This document shows, in pieces, positions 17,056 to 20,322 of a DNA stretch of 20,322 nucleotides. The stretch comes from Silvanigrellaceae bacterium (GTDB lineage Bacteria > Bdellovibrionota_B > Oligoflexia > Silvanigrellales > Silvanigrellaceae). A program made the translations under genes and the position numbers. The stretch spans positions 1 to 20,322 of the forward strand of contig JBMSQQ010000064.1 in NCBI GenBank assembly GCA_049423385.1, read 5' to 3'. Numbering within the stretch: the first letter of the stretch is position 1; the number at the start of each line of letters is the position of its first letter. The notes below the pieces were generated by a model. The model was given only the letters and a program-made list of their open reading frames with translations. It ran no database searches and had not been told where the DNA came from.

Positions 17056-18177
17056 ATGCAGGTCGTTCATGTGCTCAACTGCGGAACTGTCAGTGGCCCC
17101 GAGATGCTCGTGCTGCCGGAGTTGGCCAACTTTCCCTGTTACACCGTCGTATGGAATCTCGCTGAAAAACGCATAAAGTCGGCCTTCGACCCGCTCGCGC
17201 GTCTCTGTGCGACGTTGAAGGTTCCCGTTTTGTCGTTTGAAATTTCATCAAGATTCGATGTTTCGGCAATTCTCAATTTGACCCGCACACTCGAGACACT
17301 GCCGGATGGTGCCATTGTTCATACACATGACGTCAAAGCCAGCATTTATGTCTGGTTGGCAAGCTTTCTTGTAAAGCGACGCAAATTGCATTTTGTGGCG
17401 ACTCACCATGGCGCCATGGCAAGACCCAATCGACTTTCGCGCATGTACGAGCGTCTTTTTGTTTCGCTTGCAGGCCATTGCGTGGACCTGTTTCTCTGTG
17501 TGAGTGAAAGCGAATACGACCTCCTCACCTCTCGCGGATTTCGAGCTTCAATCTTGCGTCTTCACCGCAATGGCATCGAGCGTCCGTTGTTGAAATGGTC
17601 CGAGCGCAGGGCTCTGTCAAAAGGTGAAAAATTGAAACTGCTGATGGTGGCGCGTCTTTCTCCCGAGAAGAACCACGCCCGTGCACTGGCGGTTCTCCAG
17701 AAGTTCAATTCCCTTTTCGAAGGTCAATGGAGTCTTGACATCTTCGGCAACGGCTCACTCTTTGATGAACTTCAAAATTCGGTTCACTCGGCTGGGCTCC
17801 ATCGAAAAGTATTCTTTCGAGGTTATCTTCAGGAAGCCTGGAGGGAATTTGATTCCTACGACTGCCTCCTGATGTTTTCAACCGGCGAGGCAATGCCCAT
17901 CACCTTGCTCGAAGCCGGATGGCGCTGCACACCGGTGTTCTCCTCTGCTGTGGGTGGAATTCCTGAAGTCTGTGGTCCGGAAGGCGGTCGGCTGTTTCAA
18001 CTTGAGGAATCCGACGATTCCATTGCCCGGAAGCTTCTCGATTTTGTTTCAAGCAAAGAACTTGTTCGCCGCACCGCCGAACGTTTACAGGAGAGGGTCA
18101 CCACACATTTCTCAGGTCGTCGTTGGCGCAATGAACTCTTGACCCACTACAACGGATTGCTGGGAGCAGACCAATGA
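17056..18177 (+). CDS. Glycosyltransferase family 4 (GT-B fold)
   Basis: IVHTH, ATHHG, CVSE, HRNGI, VARLSPEKNH, EAMPITLLEA, VGGIPE. Confidence 0.92.
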   Translation: MQVVHVLNCGTVSGPEMLVLPELANFPCYTVVWNLAEKRIKSAFDPLARLCATLKVPVLSFEISSRFDVSAILNLTRTLETLPDGAIVHTHDVKASIYVWLASFLVKRRKLHFVATHHGAMARPNRLSRMYERLFVSLAGHCVDLFLCVSESEYDLLTSRGFRASILRLHRNGIERPLLKWSERRALSKGEKLKLLMVARLSPEKNHARALAVLQKFNSLFEGQWSLDIFGNGSLFDELQNSVHSAGLHRKVFFRGYLQEAWREFDSYDCLLMFSTGEAMPITLLEAGWRCTPVFSSAVGGIPEVCGPEGGRLFQLEESDDSIARKLLDFVSSKELVRRTAERLQERVTTHFSGRRWRNELLTHYNGLLGADQ

Positions 18178-19043
18178 GACTCTTTTACTTCTTCATTTCA
18201 CTCCTGGTCTGTGCTGGCATTGAAACGACGCTTCTTGCCAATGGAGCAGCCCAGACATTGGCGCCCGGAAGTGTTATCAGACTCTCTTCCGCAAATGAAC
18301 AGAGTATGAACGTGACCATCGAACTCGATTGGAACGGCGACGCCGCTGTACCATTGTGTGGAAAAATGCGTCTTGCAGGGCTATTACCGGATGATGCTCT
18401 TGAAGAACTTCGTCTTTGCCTCGCTCGTTTTTTCAAAAAAAAGCTGGAGCTCTCGATTCAGGAAACAAGTCCGCGTCAGCTCGCCATTCGCATTGGCAAA
18501 CGCGGAGAAGCTCCTAAAGAAATTCGTGCTGCAGAGCGGGTATCGATTGCTTCGCTGATGGCGAAGGAGGGTCTGCCTGTTGAGGAGAAGACGATCATCC
18601 GCCTGCTGTCTCCTTACGGAATGGACCTTGTTGCCTCCGCGACATCCAAGGTTTGGTCGCAGCCTTTTCAATGGCGCGGGGGCGAGTCGGTTGTTGTCGA
18701 GACAGCATCTGACCTCAAGACAAACGAAAGCTTCGACGTGCTTGGCGAAGTGCGAAAGCCAGGAAAGTATCAGTACAAGCCATCGCAAACAGTCATCGAT
18801 GTGCTGAGGGATGTTCAAGGCCCCACCCCGCAGGCCAGTTTTGATTCGGTCTTTATTTATCGCCATATGAAGAGCGAAAAAATCGAGACGACCTGGGACG
18901 ACAAATCCCACAAGATAGAACCCGGTGACATCATCCTCGTGCCCAGTCAAAAAGAAGGTGTGTTCGACAAAAGCCTCAGGTGGAGCAGTTCTATTCTTGC
19001 CATCGTCAACACCATGTTCCTCATCCTGCTTGCCCGACGGTGA
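18174..19043 (+). CDS. Polysaccharide export protein, Wza-like (Poly_export + SLBB domain)
   Basis: LAPGSVIRL...DWNGDAAVPLCGKMRLAGL; VLGEVRKPGKY; IEPGDIILVP; C-terminal hydrophobic/amphipathic helix; ATGA overlap with GT4. Confidence 0.85.
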   Translation: MRLFYFFISLLVCAGIETTLLANGAAQTLAPGSVIRLSSANEQSMNVTIELDWNGDAAVPLCGKMRLAGLLPDDALEELRLCLARFFKKKLELSIQETSPRQLAIRIGKRGEAPKEIRAAERVSIASLMAKEGLPVEEKTIIRLLSPYGMDLVASATSKVWSQPFQWRGGESVVVETASDLKTNESFDVLGEVRKPGKYQYKPSQTVIDVLRDVQGPTPQASFDSVFIYRHMKSEKIETTWDDKSHKIEPGDIILVPSQKEGVFDKSLRWSSSILAIVNTMFLILLARR

Positions 19044-19048
19044 GCGGA

Positions 19049-20101
19049 ATGAACCTCTTTCTTCTTGCAACCCACATCTTCTGGGAGACGATCAGGCACA
19101 GAAAGAAAATATTCCTGTCTGTTTTTCTTTTGATTTTTGCAATCACGGCATTCGTGATTCGCAAACTTCCAAAGCGATACCAATCCACTGCCCTGTTCAA
19201 CTTCCATTCCGATTTCTCAAAAGTTCCCGCCAGCAGCGAGTTCTACAGCGAAATGTACGACCCAAATGAAATTCGGGCAGAAAAGGAAGCAATTCTACTG
19301 GGAGTGCTGTCGGATGATTTTCTTTTTGAGACGGCAGAAAAATATCTGGGGTCGGATGCGGCAAATCACGAGTGGCTCGTCCAAGGTCTGCGCAAGGACA
19401 TTCGCTTCGTGCCTTTGAGCAGAACAACATACCAACTCGTTGTTATTCAGCGTTCGCCAGACGATGCCGAGAAAATAGCCTGGGATGTGGTCGAACAGCT
19501 CGAGCAAAATCTTCGCAGCGAACGACTCATCCGCATGCAGGCTGTTTATGAATCCATCACGCAACAACTCAATGAACTCACCATTGGCGAACAAGACAAA
19601 AACGTTGCTGTGCAGTGGGATGCGGCACGTCTCAAAATAGAAAATGAGATTCACAAACTTGAGTCACTCTACACTGCGGAACATCCGCGACTGATAAGGC
19701 TCAGGGCTCAATTGGAAAATTTGCGCGGTGCAAAGCAAATGAACAACACAGGCCCTCTTGCCAAAGGGCACCTTGAGAACTGGGCATCCCTGCGTGGCAT
19801 TCTCATCACACGGCAGGCCCTCCTGCAGGTCGCGATTCGCATGGAAGAAAAGGGTTCCATTTCACACATCAAGCTCGTCAAGGAACCAGACCATCCTCTT
19901 TGGCCAGTGGAGCCCAAAAAGAAACTCCTGCTTGTCTCGGCGGCAATCACGTCCACTGTTGTGGCAGCGGCAGTGTCTGCTTGCTGCAGCGTGGCTTCCG
20001 ACATTCATGCTCTGTTTCCCCATCTGAAGGATTCCTGGAAGCGCTTTCGAAGCGCGATCGCTGAAAGGAAGAAAAATACCAGTGACCGGGAGGATTCCTG
20101 A
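19049..20101 (+). CDS. Polysaccharide chain-length determinant / co-polymerase (Wzz/GumC-like)
   Basis: N-terminal TM followed by PKRYQSTA; coiled coil with YTAEHPRL; Pro-rich EPDHPLWPVEPKK before a second TM. Start is ATG 19049 or GTG 19040. Confidence 0.85.
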   Translation: MNLFLLATHIFWETIRHRKKIFLSVFLLIFAITAFVIRKLPKRYQSTALFNFHSDFSKVPASSEFYSEMYDPNEIRAEKEAILLGVLSDDFLFETAEKYLGSDAANHEWLVQGLRKDIRFVPLSRTTYQLVVIQRSPDDAEKIAWDVVEQLEQNLRSERLIRMQAVYESITQQLNELTIGEQDKNVAVQWDAARLKIENEIHKLESLYTAEHPRLIRLRAQLENLRGAKQMNNTGPLAKGHLENWASLRGILITRQALLQVAIRMEEKGSISHIKLVKEPDHPLWPVEPKKKLLLVSAAITSTVVAAAVSACCSVASDIHALFPHLKDSWKRFRSAIAERKKNTSDREDS

Positions 20102-20322
20102 GTGTGGCAAGAAGAACAGTTTGCACTCAAAATATTCCCGGACGCCGCGCACTATGTGATGTGGCTTGGGATTGGCCTGCTCATTTGGTGCCTGCTCAAA
20201 CCCTTCCCTGACAAGACTTCTGAAATCGTCTGGAATTGGGCCTCGGGCATCCTCTCGGTTATGGTCGCTTTTTTTTCAGCAACAGGTTTGGGCCAGAATG
20301 GTTTAGTTCTCTGTGCAGCAAT
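20102..20322 (+). CDS. Partial integral membrane protein of the EPS operon (MWQEEQFALKIFPDAAHYVMWLGIGLLIWC...)
   Basis: GTG immediately after the upstream TGA with GGGAGG RBS; open to the window edge; hydrophobic. Function cannot be assigned. Confidence 0.65.
   Translation, partial: MWQEEQFALKIFPDAAHYVMWLGIGLLIWCLLKPFPDKTSEIVWNWASGILSVMVAFFSATGLGQNGLVLCAA

Noticed and set aside
1..20322. CRISPR array, tRNA/rRNA, IS or prophage
   Set aside because: No regularly spaced repeats, RNA gene signatures, or transposase, integrase or phage genes were seen.

Overview
Gene-dense bacterial chromosomal window. The secreted lipoprotein proteases and overall gene style suggest an Oligoflexia/Bdellovibrionota-like organism, but this is inference only. 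No rRNA, tRNA, CRISPR or mobile element was seen. From left to right it holds: a partial secreted protein divergent from a LamB-like carbohydrate porin; a TPR lipoprotein and YaiI; a compact three-gene cluster; SelO/YdiU; a hypothetical protein; a trypsin-like lipoprotein coupled to a Gdx/SugE-like SMR exporter; DUF2905 and ChrA; a zinc metalloprotease lipoprotein; divergent rfbD and rfbB; ExoD; and the start of an exopolysaccharide operon (OpgC-like acyltransferase, priming phosphoglycosyltransferase, GT4, Wza-like, Wzz/GumC-like, partial membrane protein). The three-gene cluster is the most interesting element. It comprises an unannotated 51-aa cationic peptide ORF with a strong RBS (3871-4026, absent from the ORF track), a stand-alone aKG-HExxH-type peptide-modifying enzyme, and an ABC exporter with a very short ATPase domain. 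It looks like a minimal RiPP system without a radical SAM enzyme, and it is preceded by a repeat- and hairpin-rich leader.
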